DNA of 64,000 nucleotides, taken from positions 761,648-825,647 of the forward strand of contig NMRA01000042.1 of the NCBI GenBank assembly GCA_002633005.1, read 5' to 3'. A program made the position numbers and the translations under genes. Under the pieces are notes generated by a model. It did not search any database, was not told the DNA's origin, and saw only the letters and a program-made list of their open reading frames with translations. The first letter of the stretch is position 1. Each line of letters begins with the position of its first letter. This stretch comes from Phoronis australis (lineage: Eukaryota; Animalia; Phoronida). Shown one piece after another: positions 63,966-64,000 of the stretch.

Positions 63966-64000
63966 GTACCAAAACCAAAGACCTCCCTGATAGTAAAAAA

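Overview
This is AT-rich, repeat-dense animal genomic DNA from a draft assembly with three N-gaps. A marine invertebrate, possibly a deuterostome, is my inference; it is not prokaryotic. Two spliced host genes lie on the minus strand. The first is the first two coding exons of a storkhead-box (STOX1-like) winged-helix transcription factor. The second is a gene of four or more exons for a caspase-fold peptidase (clan CD, family C14-like) with prokaryote/metacaspase-type motifs (FFYSGH...FMDCC) instead of the animal QACxG. Most of the remaining recognisable sequence is mobile DNA. About eight co-oriented copies of a Helentron-associated (HINE/DINE-1-like) element carry internal arrays: a ~450-bp trimer of ~150-bp monomers, each with a CTCF-like motif. 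A deleted THAP/P-like element is nested in one copy. Also present are a deleted Kolobok-like element, a decayed Gypsy pol with its 3' LTR, and the 5' part of a second Gypsy element with an HhH-like Gag N-terminus and a -1 frameshift signal. Several MITEs and a ~2-kb duplication across a gap complete the picture. All calls were made by eye, with no database searches.
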